The notes under the pieces: model-generated | Told to the model about the DNA's origin: nothing | What the model saw: the letters and a program-made list of their open reading frames with translations, nothing else | Databases searched by the model: none | Source: a virus | Length of the DNA stretch: 64,000 nucleotides | Strand: one strand, 5' to 3' | IMG/VR virus record: IMGVR_UViG_3300008117_000025 | Coordinates: 64,001 to 128,000 of that record | Program-made: the position numbers and the translations under genes | Part shown: in pieces, positions 1 through 9,974 of the stretch | Position numbering within the stretch: position 1 is the first letter of the stretch | How the letters are laid out: each line of letters opens with the position of its first letter

Positions 1-446
1 ATTCCCATTGCAATTTCTACTGGTTGTCCTGTAGTACAATCATCTCCAATATTCTTAGTTGCAATTGAAAGTGCTACTGCTTGAATCAATGAACTAAAGA
101 TCTTGTTGCGATTAGGAACAACTGTATCTTTCATGTTGTCTTGTTCATAATGTCCTTCAGGAACATCATCACCACCTTCAACAAGTGATGAATTAAGTAG
201 TTTAGATAATCCATCTAATTTGATTACTTGGTGAGTTACATTACCATAAATTGCTTTTCCACCACAACCACAGTTTTTTTCATTTACATAAGCAACTAAT
301 GATGCTGCTCGTTCTAATTCTACTTTATGTTTTTGACCATAATCAAAACCTAAAGCTGTTACATCGTAACCGTTTGCAAGGAGGTGGAGGAGTAGTGTTG
401 ATGAATCCATTCCACCTGACAGTGATAATACTGCTTGTTTTCTCAT
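1..446 (-). CDS. queC: 7-cyano-7-deazaguanine (preQ0) synthase QueC, 3' end beyond the window edge; not in the ORF track
   Basis: Manual translation from ATG at 446: MRKQAVLSLSGGMDSSTLL...GFDYGQKHKVELERA...TVVPNRNKIF. SGGMDS PP-loop, YGQ(K/R)H and VPxRN are QueC hallmarks. Confidence 0.93.
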   Translation of the reverse strand, partial: MRKQAVLSLSGGMDSSTLLLHLLANGYDVTALGFDYGQKHKVELERAASLVAYVNEKNCGCGGKAIYGNVTHQVIKLDGLSKLLNSSLVEGGDDVPEGHYEQDNMKDTVVPNRNKIFSSLIQAVALSIATKNIGDDCTTGQPVEIAMG

Positions 447-475
447 TTTGTTTAATAATTAAAATTAAGAGCGTA

Positions 476-709
476 TTATTTTGTTACTCGATTAGCTCTA
501 GAACCGAAATATTCTTTCAAAAATGTCTCAGGATATAACATTACATCTCCTGTATATTTATTATTAGATACAAACCTAGTTTCGTGTTTAATTTTTTTAG
601 AAGAAGCTACAGTTGCTACTTCTTTTCCCAATTTGCTTCCTGCAGGGTAACCTAAATAATCAAAAAGCGATAACATTTTATCTGACATAACTTTTAAACT
701 TTTGTACAT
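476..709 (-). CDS. hypothetical protein (77 aa)
   Basis: ORF tightly packed between the dpdA-like gene and queC on the coding strand. Confidence 0.65.
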   Translation of the reverse strand: MYKSLKVMSDKMLSLFDYLGYPAGSKLGKEVATVASSKKIKHETRFVSNNKYTGDVMLYPETFLKEYFGSRANRVTK

Positions 710-1463
710 TAAATTTAATATCTTCTATTTTGTCAGCCAAATCTTTTTCAAAATAATATTCAAGCTTTTCTTTTGGCTTCCAAGCTAAACCACTATCACT
801 ATATTTTTCTCCTTCAGCACCTACTAGAATTGGATTAGATGTATCTACTGATTTGATAAATTTCCAATCTCCATAAGCCATAAACTCCTGAGGTAATGAG
901 CATCCAAGAAGATGATGATGGTAGCTTTCACGAATTAATTTATGTTGAACTAATCGTCTAATAAATTCCATTCTACCATACATTTGAGATTTTAATTTAT
1001 CCATTCCAGTATATTCTTTCTCATATGCAATACTAGAGTGATTAAAAGCAATATGTTTATATCCTAAATCAACTAATGTTTGATATGTAGTCATTAATTC
1101 ACCCATATCTTTACCTTGACATACTGCCATTAAATTAACACCTTCGGGTAAATTATTTTTATAGTTAATCATCCAATGTTTAGCATTTCGAATAGTTACT
1201 ATTGAATCATTCCAAGCATCAGGAACAATAAAGATATCTGGTTGGAGAAAGTTAATTTTTTCTAGTAGATCTTCTGTTGTATGGTTTACACCTTCAAACA
1301 ACCCATTATCCATAATAATAAATCGTTTGTCTTTTTTTGCTTTAGTAAAGAACAACTTATATTGTTGTGATTTATCTAATAAGTGAGGAAGACAATAATC
1401 ATAATCATTCCACTCATAAGCATGATGCATTAAGCTGAGAGGCAGCTCATGTGATACTTTCAT
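678..1463 (-). CDS. TGT-fold (tRNA-guanine transglycosylase-like) protein, putative DpdA-type 7-deazaguanine insertion enzyme
   Basis: IMDNGLFE, IVPD, AVCQG, HLLG and SVDTS occur in the order of the TGT catalytic motifs. It lies between queD and queC and has no CxCxxC Zn motif. Confidence 0.7.
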   Translation of the reverse strand: MKVSHELPLSLMHHAYEWNDYDYCLPHLLDKSQQYKLFFTKAKKDKRFIIMDNGLFEGVNHTTEDLLEKINFLQPDIFIVPDAWNDSIVTIRNAKHWMINYKNNLPEGVNLMAVCQGKDMGELMTTYQTLVDLGYKHIAFNHSSIAYEKEYTGMDKLKSQMYGRMEFIRRLVQHKLIRESYHHHLLGCSLPQEFMAYGDWKFIKSVDTSNPILVGAEGEKYSDSGLAWKPKEKLEYYFEKDLADKIEDIKFNVQKFKSYVR

Positions 1464-1651
1464 TGGAAACTCTTTAATTTATTCTTTAATTTTTCTAACT
1501 GGATTGTAATCCACCATTTTCCCATATTACTTGATGGTTGGTAGTTTTCCCAATACTCAAATTCACCTTCCCAATGCCCTTCAGTGTATGGGGGAGGAGC
1601 ATGTAATTCAATTTGTTTGCGAGCCGATTTCTTAGCCGTTTTTTTCTTCAT
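1460..1651 (-). CDS. hypothetical protein (63 aa, Trp-rich)
   Basis: ORF overlaps both neighbours within the operon. Confidence 0.5.
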   Translation of the reverse strand: MKKKTAKKSARKQIELHAPPPYTEGHWEGEFEYWENYQPSSNMGKWWITIQLEKLKNKLKSFQ

Positions 1652-2099
1652 AAATAGCGGTATTTTTATTGTGTTCCATAAATTCTACTCTTGCTATTTT
1701 AACTCTACCGCTAGTTTCTTCTTGAACGAATACGTTCAATTTTTCAAATATATATTTAGCAAACTGTTCTGCCCCAACAGCTGGGATAATTCTGAGTTGG
1801 ATAATGCCTAGTTGGTCCATTGTTTTGAATCCACCTAATCCTGGATCGTCTTCTGCTATGATTGTAGTGTGATCAAACATATAATCCATCCAGGCTTTAG
1901 GGTTCATACCGTCAATAGTGCCTTTAGCACGTTTCATACCTCCAAAATCCCAAACCCAATTACGTTCGTCTAGTTCACCTTCGAACCATACTCTGAATGA
2001 TATTCCATAGCCATGGAGAAATCTACAGTGTGTACCTTCGGCTTTCCATTGACGGAACACACAACTAAAACCGTCAAATAACTTAGTTGATTGAAACAT
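1632..2099 (-). CDS. queD: 6-carboxy-5,6,7,8-tetrahydropterin synthase QueD (PTPS family)
   Basis: HCRFLHGY motif, WVWDFG, FDHTTI, C-terminal EFMEH; near queC. Confidence 0.88.
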   Translation of the reverse strand: MFQSTKLFDGFSCVFRQWKAEGTHCRFLHGYGISFRVWFEGELDERNWVWDFGGMKRAKGTIDGMNPKAWMDYMFDHTTIIAEDDPGLGGFKTMDQLGIIQLRIIPAVGAEQFAKYIFEKLNVFVQEETSGRVKIARVEFMEHNKNTAIYEEKNG

Positions 2100-2311
2100 T
2101 ATTTTTCTTTTTTTATTGTTGTTGTTGATTTAAATAGAATTGTTGATAGTAGATTTAATCCTATTGCTTGCCACAATGTAATTTCAGGTAATTTGAATAT
2201 TACAGGCATTAACCAATTCCACAACAACATCAAAGGATAACCTAATATTACTATAACTATAGCTACCATTCCTAAAAACACAGCAATTGCTTCAAAACTA
2301 TTCTTCATCAT
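2099..2311 (-). CDS. small membrane protein
   Basis: Two hydrophobic segments; LWNWLMPxIFxLPEITxWQA pattern. Confidence 0.7.
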   Translation of the reverse strand: MMKNSFEAIAVFLGMVAIVIVILGYPLMLLWNWLMPVIFKLPEITLWQAIGLNLLSTILFKSTTTIKKEK

Positions 2312-2483
2312 TTATTTGATTTTCTATTTCGCTTATATCTAATTTTACTTCAGCTAACGATTGTTCTATTTGAGATACTATTTCAAGTAACTCTCCTAAC
2401 ATTAATCCTTGTTGTTGTGGATTTGCAGTTTCAATACTTTTTTGTATTTCCAAAACGCGTTCGTGTATTTTATCTGTTTCCAT
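2298..2483 (-). CDS. small coiled-coil hypothetical protein
   Basis: Heptad-like Q/E/L composition; packed in the operon. Confidence 0.6.
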   Translation of the reverse strand: METDKIHERVLEIQKSIETANPQQQGLMLGELLEIVSQIEQSLAEVKLDISEIENQINDEE

Positions 2484-2676
2484 TTTCTAAATTATCTTTT
2501 AAGTTAAGAAATTCTTTTGCCAATACCACATTTCCTTTTTCGTATTTTGGATTAAAAGGACAGTGCAAACATTTATTACCACAGCATTCTCCTCGTTGGA
2601 TGTGATAGAGGGCAGTGAAAACTACCCTCGTATCATCCATATAATAATGAACATCTTTTATAAATTCAAAAGCCAT
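2470..2676 (-). CDS. DUF5522-like Cys-rich protein
   Basis: VFTALYHIQRGECCGNKCLHCPF matches the FTxxYHxxRGxCCGxxCxHCP(Y/F) pattern. Confidence 0.75.
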   Translation of the reverse strand: MAFEFIKDVHYYMDDTRVVFTALYHIQRGECCGNKCLHCPFNPKYEKGNVVLAKEFLNLKDNLENGNR

Positions 2677-2677
2677 A

Positions 2678-4528
2678 TTATACTATCTCACAGCTTGCCC
2701 CAGAGCAAGCAACTTGATCACTAAGATTAGTTTCATCACTAAATTCTACTACTTTAGATAAATCAATAGAGTGAAGGTGTTGAGCCATTTCATCAAATTG
2801 TTCTTTAGTAATATCTTCAAACGGTGCTTGAGTATAAGTACCTCCAAAATAAGGTAATACTGATAAACCATTGAATGTTTCTTTATTTTCCCACATCCAG
2901 TTACCTACTACTTCCCATTCACCTTCTTGAACTGATACTGTAGCTGATACGTTGTTTGTATTTGCTCCTTTACGGTGGCCTTTTTTAACCCATTGAACGT
3001 TAAATTTCTTAGTACGTTCAAGCATATCAATTACGTTTTCATTTCTTAAAATAGAACCTTCTGGTGCTTTCTGAGGTACTGAAATTACAGCTTGGATAGT
3101 TGGTTTAAAGAAGTCATCTTCTACTAATTCAGGATGATTAACTGCAAGGTAAGAATAAATTGCTTCGTTTTTACCTACACGAATACGACGAATATAATAA
3201 TCATTGTGCCAAGCATGAATGCCAGATGATGTTCCTAATACTAATGAAGATGTACCTGATGGTTTAACTGTAGTAACACGAGCTGCTTTATTAACGCCAA
3301 TCTTTTCAGCTATTTCAGCATTTACTTCTTTAGCTAGATCAGCTGCTTCTTTTAAATTGTATTTTAATACAGCTCCAGAACCGATACCGGTCATTCCAAC
3401 ACCTAACAAAGCATCTCTTTCAGTTGTTTTCTGCCAGATCTCTCTTAAGTAATGGAAATCAGTGTATGCTGCTTGTAATGTGCCAATGAAAGCACCTACT
3501 TTTACTCTTTCGTTTAGATCTTCTTGTGATTCAACATTTGAAACGTTTACTTCACATAAGTTACAGAATTGATAAGGACGTAAAGCAATTTCACAACATG
3601 GGTTAGTACCCCAGTCTTTGTCGTTTGAAAAATAGATACCGGGTTCACCACTGCCGCTTAATTCAATTTTCTTCCACAATTTGCGGAATTCTTCTTCTGT
3701 GATCTTATGACGCAACACAACGGCAGAATTATTAGCGCGACCACGTTGTGGGTTTTCTTCCCACCAATTTCCAAACTTACAAGTCAACATATCTTCATCA
3801 TCCAAATCAAACAATGAAATTAATGCTGCTCTTCTAATACCACCACTTAATACAGCATCAGCAATGTGACAAGCCATATCGTGTGCTTCGATTGAGGTGA
3901 TTTTATCGCCATTCTTTTTGCGATCAAATACCTTCTGGAGATTAAATAGACATTCTTTCAATGGTTCAGGGCCAGGTGCTTTACCACCTACAGTAATTAA
4001 CTGAGCGCCTTTAGGGCGGATGTCTCTAAAGTCAAATAGTGGGAGTGGAGCGCCTTGAAAATATGCTTTACAAAGCATTCTGACGGCATCAGCCCATCCT
4101 TCAATACTATCTCCAATTAGATATCTTTTATGTTTAGTTGGTACTTTAATTTCTGGTAGTTGCTCAATATGGTGTGTTTGCACACTATATCCTACTCCAC
4201 AACCAGACAAAAGCAGAAACATTATTTCGCTAAATGAACGCCAGTCATCAAGAGGAAGAAAAGAGCAATTAAATATACGAGCATTATTAAGTTCAATGGG
4301 CTTACCTGCAAATTGCAAGCTGCGCATTGACGGAAGTACTTTTTTATCGTACACGAGTTTGTATGCTTCTTCGATTTCATTTTTTAATTGAGGGAATTTA
4401 GTTTGATGCATTTCTTTATTACGCGTAACTAATTCATTCCATGTTTCTCTCCTGTTAAATTCAGGTCTAAACTTAGCGTATTTCATGTAAGTAGTGATCT
4501 CGCTAAGTATACTTTGCGTTACATCCAT
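2678..4528 (-). CDS. nrdJ: class II (adenosylcobalamin-dependent) ribonucleotide reductase
   Basis: RIFNCSF, GCGVG, TNPCCEI (catalytic N-x-C-x-E), FCNLCEVN, TVKPSGT and C-terminal CSGASCEI redox pair; no small subunit nearby. Confidence 0.9.
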   Translation of the reverse strand: MDVTQSILSEITTYMKYAKFRPEFNRRETWNELVTRNKEMHQTKFPQLKNEIEEAYKLVYDKKVLPSMRSLQFAGKPIELNNARIFNCSFLPLDDWRSFSEIMFLLLSGCGVGYSVQTHHIEQLPEIKVPTKHKRYLIGDSIEGWADAVRMLCKAYFQGAPLPLFDFRDIRPKGAQLITVGGKAPGPEPLKECLFNLQKVFDRKKNGDKITSIEAHDMACHIADAVLSGGIRRAALISLFDLDDEDMLTCKFGNWWEENPQRGRANNSAVVLRHKITEEEFRKLWKKIELSGSGEPGIYFSNDKDWGTNPCCEIALRPYQFCNLCEVNVSNVESQEDLNERVKVGAFIGTLQAAYTDFHYLREIWQKTTERDALLGVGMTGIGSGAVLKYNLKEAADLAKEVNAEIAEKIGVNKAARVTTVKPSGTSSLVLGTSSGIHAWHNDYYIRRIRVGKNEAIYSYLAVNHPELVEDDFFKPTIQAVISVPQKAPEGSILRNENVIDMLERTKKFNVQWVKKGHRKGANTNNVSATVSVQEGEWEVVGNWMWENKETFNGLSVLPYFGGTYTQAPFEDITKEQFDEMAQHLHSIDLSKVVEFSDETNLSDQVACSGASCEIV

Positions 4529-4543
4529 TTCTAATTCGGTTTT

Positions 4544-4804
4544 TTAAATAAGTGATTTAATAAAATTGCTATAAGTAGTTTTGGGGTTAAGACCCACATA
4601 ACGTTGTACTGCTTTGCCATCGTGTTCAACTATAACAGTTGGAACAGAAGTAATCATATATTCCTGAACAGGATCAGGAGATGTATCTACATCAATAGTT
4701 TCAAAAGAAACATTGGGAAATTCATTTGCTAATTCATTAAATGCCGGAGCAAGCTGTCTACATGGGTTACACCATACGGCGGTGAACCTTTTAACCTTTA
4801 CCAT
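4544..4804 (-). CDS. thioredoxin
   Basis: WCNPC active site and SVPT cis-Pro motif; adjacent to the RNR. Confidence 0.9.
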   Translation of the reverse strand: MVKVKRFTAVWCNPCRQLAPAFNELANEFPNVSFETIDVDTSPDPVQEYMITSVPTVIVEHDGKAVQRYVGLNPKTTYSNFIKSLI

Positions 4805-4846
4805 AATTTTCTGATTGTGTAGTTATAAATATAGTATATACTTCAA

Positions 4847-6226
4847 TTAACTTTCAAGTTTAAAAAATTTCTTTTGGAGTAGTTGTCTTTCTTCTACATC
4901 TACACTTGAGAAATCATTTACCGGTTTATTGTTAGATATACTTGTTTCTATGTCGTCATCATCGATTGGATTAGCATCTACTTCAATGAATCCGTTTGAT
5001 GTATTGATTTTTGTCCTAAACGTCATTCCATCAGCTCCATATCTGTTTTTCATAATATGGAAACGTCCTGTACCATCAATTTTATCTTTACGTTTACGGG
5101 CTAAGGATATAATTATATCCCCAATCATTATTTTTTCATATGATCCAGCTGCATTATCGCCTTCAATAATATCTGATTTTGCAGCACCTCTATTTGCTTG
5201 TGAAGGTGACACAAGCGGAATACCTTTTTCTTTAGCAAACGATTTAGCAGCAACATAAACATCATCAATTTCTTCTTTACGATCTTTTCTTGAGCGTGTA
5301 CGCATATAATCAAGATAATCAATAATGATTAGGTCTGGTTTAAAATCGTTTTGGTGTTCTAGTTGCTGGAGGTGGGATTCTATTGTTTCAAATGATGCTC
5401 TTTTGGGTGGGTATTCTTTAATAATAACCTTACCTTTTACTTTTTTAACAATTTCATCTACTTCTGCTCTATGTAAATGAAGTTTATCTACTTCAATACC
5501 GGAAAAAACAGCATCGTATCTTTTACCAACATATCCTTCACCTAATTCAAGTGAATAATGTACTACGTTATACCCTAAAGCAGCAGCATAAGCACCCATT
5601 GCTGTAATAGCCCAGGATTTACCACCACCAGGATTACCAAACATTAATACTAGATCACCTTTGCCATATCCACCTTGTGTTAATTCATTAAATGTAGGCC
5701 AAGGGAATGGAATACACCCACGATCATCTTCACGGTATCTAGTTTCAATATCGATATTATAATCCAAACCGATTGTTTTATCTTCACCTGCTCGTACTGC
5801 TTTACTAATCAATTGAAGAATACTATCGAAATCATTCATTTCAAGTAACTGAACTGAATTTAGGATAGCGGTTTTTACTTGTTGGTTTCTACAGAATGAA
5901 CTAAATTCAGCTTCAACCCATTCCAAATCACTTTGATCAGATAATCTATATGCTTCTTTAAGTGATTCTACAACTGATATTCTTAATACTTCATTATCAA
6001 TTTTCTTCGCCTCAATAGACATTGTTTCTATTGTAGGTGTAGTATGATATTCTGAGAAGTATTTTTGGATATATTCTACAGTCCATTTATGAGCAGATGA
6101 TTCAAAATAATCTGAATCGAGAGAATCTATAATATTAATAAGGAACTGTCTTTGTGTTAGTAGAGCTCCTAATACTTTTACTTGAAAGACAGGACCATAT
6201 TGGTTCAATTTATTTAATGTTGTCAT
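4847..6226 (-). CDS. DnaB/gp41-like replicative helicase
   Basis: Walker A GNPGGGKS, SLEL, IIIDYLD, SQANR, KNRYG. Confidence 0.9.
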   Translation of the reverse strand: MTTLNKLNQYGPVFQVKVLGALLTQRQFLINIIDSLDSDYFESSAHKWTVEYIQKYFSEYHTTPTIETMSIEAKKIDNEVLRISVVESLKEAYRLSDQSDLEWVEAEFSSFCRNQQVKTAILNSVQLLEMNDFDSILQLISKAVRAGEDKTIGLDYNIDIETRYREDDRGCIPFPWPTFNELTQGGYGKGDLVLMFGNPGGGKSWAITAMGAYAAALGYNVVHYSLELGEGYVGKRYDAVFSGIEVDKLHLHRAEVDEIVKKVKGKVIIKEYPPKRASFETIESHLQQLEHQNDFKPDLIIIDYLDYMRTRSRKDRKEEIDDVYVAAKSFAKEKGIPLVSPSQANRGAAKSDIIEGDNAAGSYEKIMIGDIIISLARKRKDKIDGTGRFHIMKNRYGADGMTFRTKINTSNGFIEVDANPIDDDDIETSISNNKPVNDFSSVDVEERQLLQKKFFKLES

Positions 6227-6235
6227 AACCTAAAT

Positions 6236-7264
6236 TTATTTAAAAGAATTTAGATAACCAAACAGTTGAGTTAACCATGATTGCACATTAGGAATACTTT
6301 CTCCTAATTTATCATTTGAATATAACTGTAAGAATATCGGCATATTTAATTCATAAGAATCGGTAAATGCTTTTTTAACTAATTGTTTATTCTCTGGTGA
6401 TAGAAATTCTCCATTCAAAGACATCAGTTGTTGATTAACAAATAATTGTTGTCTTCTCTCTACAACTGAAAGATATAATTTGTTTTCATTTATTAATTCA
6501 GCTGATTTTTCTATGATACTTTCTAAAGTAACTTTATTATTGCCTGTTAATTCTGGGAATAGTTTAATTAGTTTTTTAGGACCTAATCCACTTACCCCAG
6601 GTATATTATCAGATGAATCACCCATTAGTATTTTATAATTGAGGAAATTAGTGCTTGTAACATTAAATTCTTCAAATACATCTTTTGGTTTGTATATTTT
6701 CTTTTTAGTTGGAGAATATACTTCTACCTTATCAGATACTAATTGTAGGAAGTCTTTATCAGCAGACATGATAGTTACCTTTTGAGTTTCCTCATGTGCT
6801 TCGAATTTATTAGCTAAATAACCTATAATATCATCTGCTTCTAATCCATCTACACTTATAACTGAAACAGGAATACATTTTAAGTATTGAATCAAACGTT
6901 CCATTTGATTATTTATACTTTCTTGTTCTTCAATTTTAGATTGAAATATAGAGTAATTAGTAATGCGATTAACATTACGATTAGCTTTATAACCAGGAAA
7001 TAAATTTCGTCTTGCGTTTGACCCACCAACACCATCAAATACTACAACTACTTTAGTTGGATCTACCATTCGAATTGCATAACCAATTGACTTTAAAAAC
7101 CCGGTAAGACCACCAATGTGGTGGCCATCCGGATTTATATGGTTAATCATGGTAAAATTCCTTAAGAAGGCATTTAACCCATCTATGATTAAGATTGAAC
7201 TAAGTTCTTTGCGAATATCTGGTTGGATGTTGACGAGTAAATCTGTGTATTTACTCTTCGACAT
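6236..7264 (-). CDS. 5'-3' exonuclease / flap endonuclease (T4 RNase H, PolI N-terminal-like)
   Basis: IIDGLN, VVFDG, YKANR, LEADD, SADKDFLQL, GDSSDNIPGV helix-3-turn-helix. Confidence 0.92.
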   Translation of the reverse strand: MSKSKYTDLLVNIQPDIRKELSSILIIDGLNAFLRNFTMINHINPDGHHIGGLTGFLKSIGYAIRMVDPTKVVVVFDGVGGSNARRNLFPGYKANRNVNRITNYSIFQSKIEEQESINNQMERLIQYLKCIPVSVISVDGLEADDIIGYLANKFEAHEETQKVTIMSADKDFLQLVSDKVEVYSPTKKKIYKPKDVFEEFNVTSTNFLNYKILMGDSSDNIPGVSGLGPKKLIKLFPELTGNNKVTLESIIEKSAELINENKLYLSVVERRQQLFVNQQLMSLNGEFLSPENKQLVKKAFTDSYELNMPIFLQLYSNDKLGESIPNVQSWLTQLFGYLNSFK

Positions 7265-8336
7265 CTATTAAACCACTTATATCTTTTACGTTTTCAGTCA
7301 TTTCATCTTCTTCAACAACATCAAAATCAGATGATCCAAGAATCTGGAGCCATTCGCTTGAATGTTCTTTCTTGTAAATATCAATTGCTTTTTTATCGTC
7401 TTCGATAAATCCATGAACTGTCATTACAGTGGTACCTTTGGTTTGTACACCCGTAATATGATTTTTATCTACTGAAATTTTAGTACGCTTAGCGAACTCA
7501 ACGTCTTTACCGTTTTTGGTTGCTTTGATTTTACTTGTACCACTATTAGTTACATTACCAAATGTTACTACGAGTGAGGAATCAAAGAACATAGTATCAC
7601 CACCTTTATTTTTCAACTTAGGCATTTCCATTGGTACTGATGGTTTTGCAACCCATACCTTATTAACTGCCACAAATGTATTTGTGTATGGTTGATTTTC
7701 TTTACGTGACAATATAATTTTCTGATTGATAAAGTTACCAAACTGTTGAGACATTGCTCCAGCATTCCATTCGTTGTTGTTCTTTTGTGATTCAACAGAC
7801 AAACGACAAGGTACTGAACCTACTGAATCCCAAAGAAAACACAGGTCAAATGGTAATTTACCTTTTGCTTGTTCGTTAAGTAGATCAGCCATAAATGCTG
7901 CTACGTCTTCAATTGTATTTAGTGATCCTCTATCAACATAAATAAAGAAACCTTTATAATCGATAATTTCACCTGTTTCAGGATCAGCTACCGGTTGAAT
8001 TTCAAAGCCCATTTGTACGGCATGCTCCCAATTCCACTTCATCTCAGTAACAATGAAAACAGGCAATACACCCATTTTTTGTGCTGCTACTGCTGCTTCA
8101 AGCATTGCTGTTGTTTTACCTGTATCCGAGTGACCACGTAATAAAGTTATGTGGCCCATCGGAATACCAGGAATAGACAATACATCTTGAAAAGCTTTAG
8201 ACAGTGGAATCCATCTTTGCGGTTTAAATTTAACCGATTGATCTAAGAATTTAGATTTCTTGAAGGCATCTATATCGAATGACTTTTTAAGTGATTCCGA
8301 TACTACTGATGTTAAACTGTCTTTACTTTTAGCCAT
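7251..8336 (-). CDS. RecA/UvsX-like recombinase
   Basis: Walker A GHSDTGKTT, Walker B FLWDSVG, GGDTMFF, VDKNH. Confidence 0.88.
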   Translation of the reverse strand: MAKSKDSLTSVVSESLKKSFDIDAFKKSKFLDQSVKFKPQRWIPLSKAFQDVLSIPGIPMGHITLLRGHSDTGKTTAMLEAAVAAQKMGVLPVFIVTEMKWNWEHAVQMGFEIQPVADPETGEIIDYKGFFIYVDRGSLNTIEDVAAFMADLLNEQAKGKLPFDLCFLWDSVGSVPCRLSVESQKNNNEWNAGAMSQQFGNFINQKIILSRKENQPYTNTFVAVNKVWVAKPSVPMEMPKLKNKGGDTMFFDSSLVVTFGNVTNSGTSKIKATKNGKDVEFAKRTKISVDKNHITGVQTKGTTVMTVHGFIEDDKKAIDIYKKEHSSEWLQILGSSDFDVVEEDEMTENVKDISGLIDVEE

Positions 8337-8338
8337 TA

Positions 8339-9163
8339 TTAGTCGTTAAAAAGGTCATTAAATTTGTCTGCATTGCTTGTTTTACCAGTATTGTTTTCCA
8401 AAGCATAAGCCGGAGTAACTGGTTTGTTAATTTCAGCAATAAAATCATCCTCTTCATCCTTAGATGCGATTGGAGTTTCGGTTGCAGCTGCTTCTTCTTC
8501 AGGATTCAACCATTTAGCCAAAATGTCTTTAAGTGCATCATAAGTATACTTACGATTAATAGACAAAATGTCAGGTTGTTCATCAAGTACCTTTTCTACC
8601 AACGCAGCATCTTCAGAGATGGAAGTTGATTTTACTTTAGGACGAAGAGCACATTTAATACCTTTTCTACCAGCAACTATATCTTCAGTTGCTTCAACTG
8701 TAAAGTCACGACCGTCAGTGATGTCTGTAAAGTCACCATAATCATCATCAGCAGCGATACCGAGAAGTTGATCGTGTGTCAATTTACCAAATTCCCACAA
8801 ACGAGCACCCATATGCTCTTCACCACGTACAATTACAGCAGCAAAGAAACGAGATTTAGGGCTAATTTTGTTTGCCAATTGCCAATCTTCTTTATCAGAT
8901 GATTTACGAAGTTGCTTTGCAAAATCAACAATCGGATCTGCTTCTTCCCAGTTAGTCAAAGACAAAATTGGTCCTTTAGCGAATCCATAATGGAATTGTA
9001 CTTCGCGAATTGGCCATGCCTTATCAAACTTAGAAGGCAAAATGCGAATTTGGTGTTTGCCGGGCTTTGGTTTCCAGAAAATTTTTGTGTAATCGATTTT
9101 TTCACGTTGTTGCCCTTTATTTTGAGCAGCGGCTAACTTCTGCTTTACGAGGTTTAAATCCAT
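8339..9163 (-). CDS. single-stranded DNA-binding protein (T4 gp32-like)
   Basis: WKPKPGKHQIRILP, DITDGRDF-type motif, acidic C-terminal tail; next to RecA. Confidence 0.8.
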   Translation of the reverse strand: MDLNLVKQKLAAAQNKGQQREKIDYTKIFWKPKPGKHQIRILPSKFDKAWPIREVQFHYGFAKGPILSLTNWEEADPIVDFAKQLRKSSDKEDWQLANKISPKSRFFAAVIVRGEEHMGARLWEFGKLTHDQLLGIAADDDYGDFTDITDGRDFTVEATEDIVAGRKGIKCALRPKVKSTSISEDAALVEKVLDEQPDILSINRKYTYDALKDILAKWLNPEEEAAATETPIASKDEEDDFIAEINKPVTPAYALENNTGKTSNADKFNDLFND

Positions 9164-9181
9164 AACTGTTTTATTTAGAAT

Positions 9182-9213
9182 TAAATATAAGAACCCTTAT
9201 TTAGACCACCAAA
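9182..9213 (-). promoter_or_regulatory. Bacteroidota sigma70-like promoter for ssb (TTTG-N20-TATATTTA)
   Basis: Minus strand TTTG GTGGTCTAAATAAGGGTTCT TATATTTA, about 20 nt upstream of ATG. Confidence 0.7.
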
Positions 9214-9552
9214 CTAAGAGATAGTCAAACTAAAATTTCCTGTTCCTCTTAAATAATATGTTGTGCCTGTTACTGCTGAAGCAGGAGCAAATGTAAGTGC
9301 AGATGAGCCAGGAGGAACAACAACCGAGGCAATATACGAGGACGAAACAAAACCCATTGATGATGATACAACCCATGTTCCTACAGTATTAGTAGGAGTA
9401 GAACCAGTATAAAAGCCATTTGGTTCTCTAACTGTTTCTAAAGTAAAGTAAGCAGAACCACCTGAGTTGGTAAATGCAAATGTTTTAGTACCAGATAAGT
9501 TTTCGCCTAATACGCCCTGTCCGGTCATTTGAGCTGCTGTATATGTTGCCAT
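9214..9552 (-). CDS. hypothetical T/S/G-rich beta protein, possibly virion-associated
   Basis: Composition resembles the structural proteins; coupled to the upstream ORF by TAATG. Confidence 0.6.
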   Translation of the reverse strand: MATYTAAQMTGQGVLGENLSGTKTFAFTNSGGSAYFTLETVREPNGFYTGSTPTNTVGTWVVSSSMGFVSSSYIASVVVPPGSSALTFAPASAVTGTTYYLRGTGNFSLTIS

Positions 9553-9968
9553 TATTTACCTAAATCTATAATTTTATGAATAGAAGTGTCTAATTTGCGT
9601 AATTCAGGACCGGTATTGAGTAATATACAATTTTTATAATCAGCCCAATTAACAATAAATCTAGTATCTAACATACCATTATTTAATGATCTAATCAATG
9701 CATTAAGGGCATTAATTGTATATAATGTATTTGATTCTTTTTTGCGATGCAACAATATAGTGTTAGGCAATGGAGTATCTGCAGTATTACCCATATCGAT
9801 ATTATATGTGCACATTAATTCTTTGCTTTGAGGTGACTCAAGTACAAATATTTTATTGTACAATATTGTATATCGACGGTTTATGTCCGACAGCACAGTG
9901 TCTAGTTCGTCAGGTGTAGTAAATGTGCAGAATAGCTTGTTCAAATCGAAAAATATATTGTCTGTCAT
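9552..9968 (-). CDS. hypothetical protein (138 aa)
   Basis: Clean ORF; ATATTTAT motif overlaps its start. Confidence 0.7.
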   Translation of the reverse strand: MTDNIFFDLNKLFCTFTTPDELDTVLSDINRRYTILYNKIFVLESPQSKELMCTYNIDMGNTADTPLPNTILLHRKKESNTLYTINALNALIRSLNNGMLDTRFIVNWADYKNCILLNTGPELRKLDTSIHKIIDLGK

Positions 9969-9974
9969 AAATAT

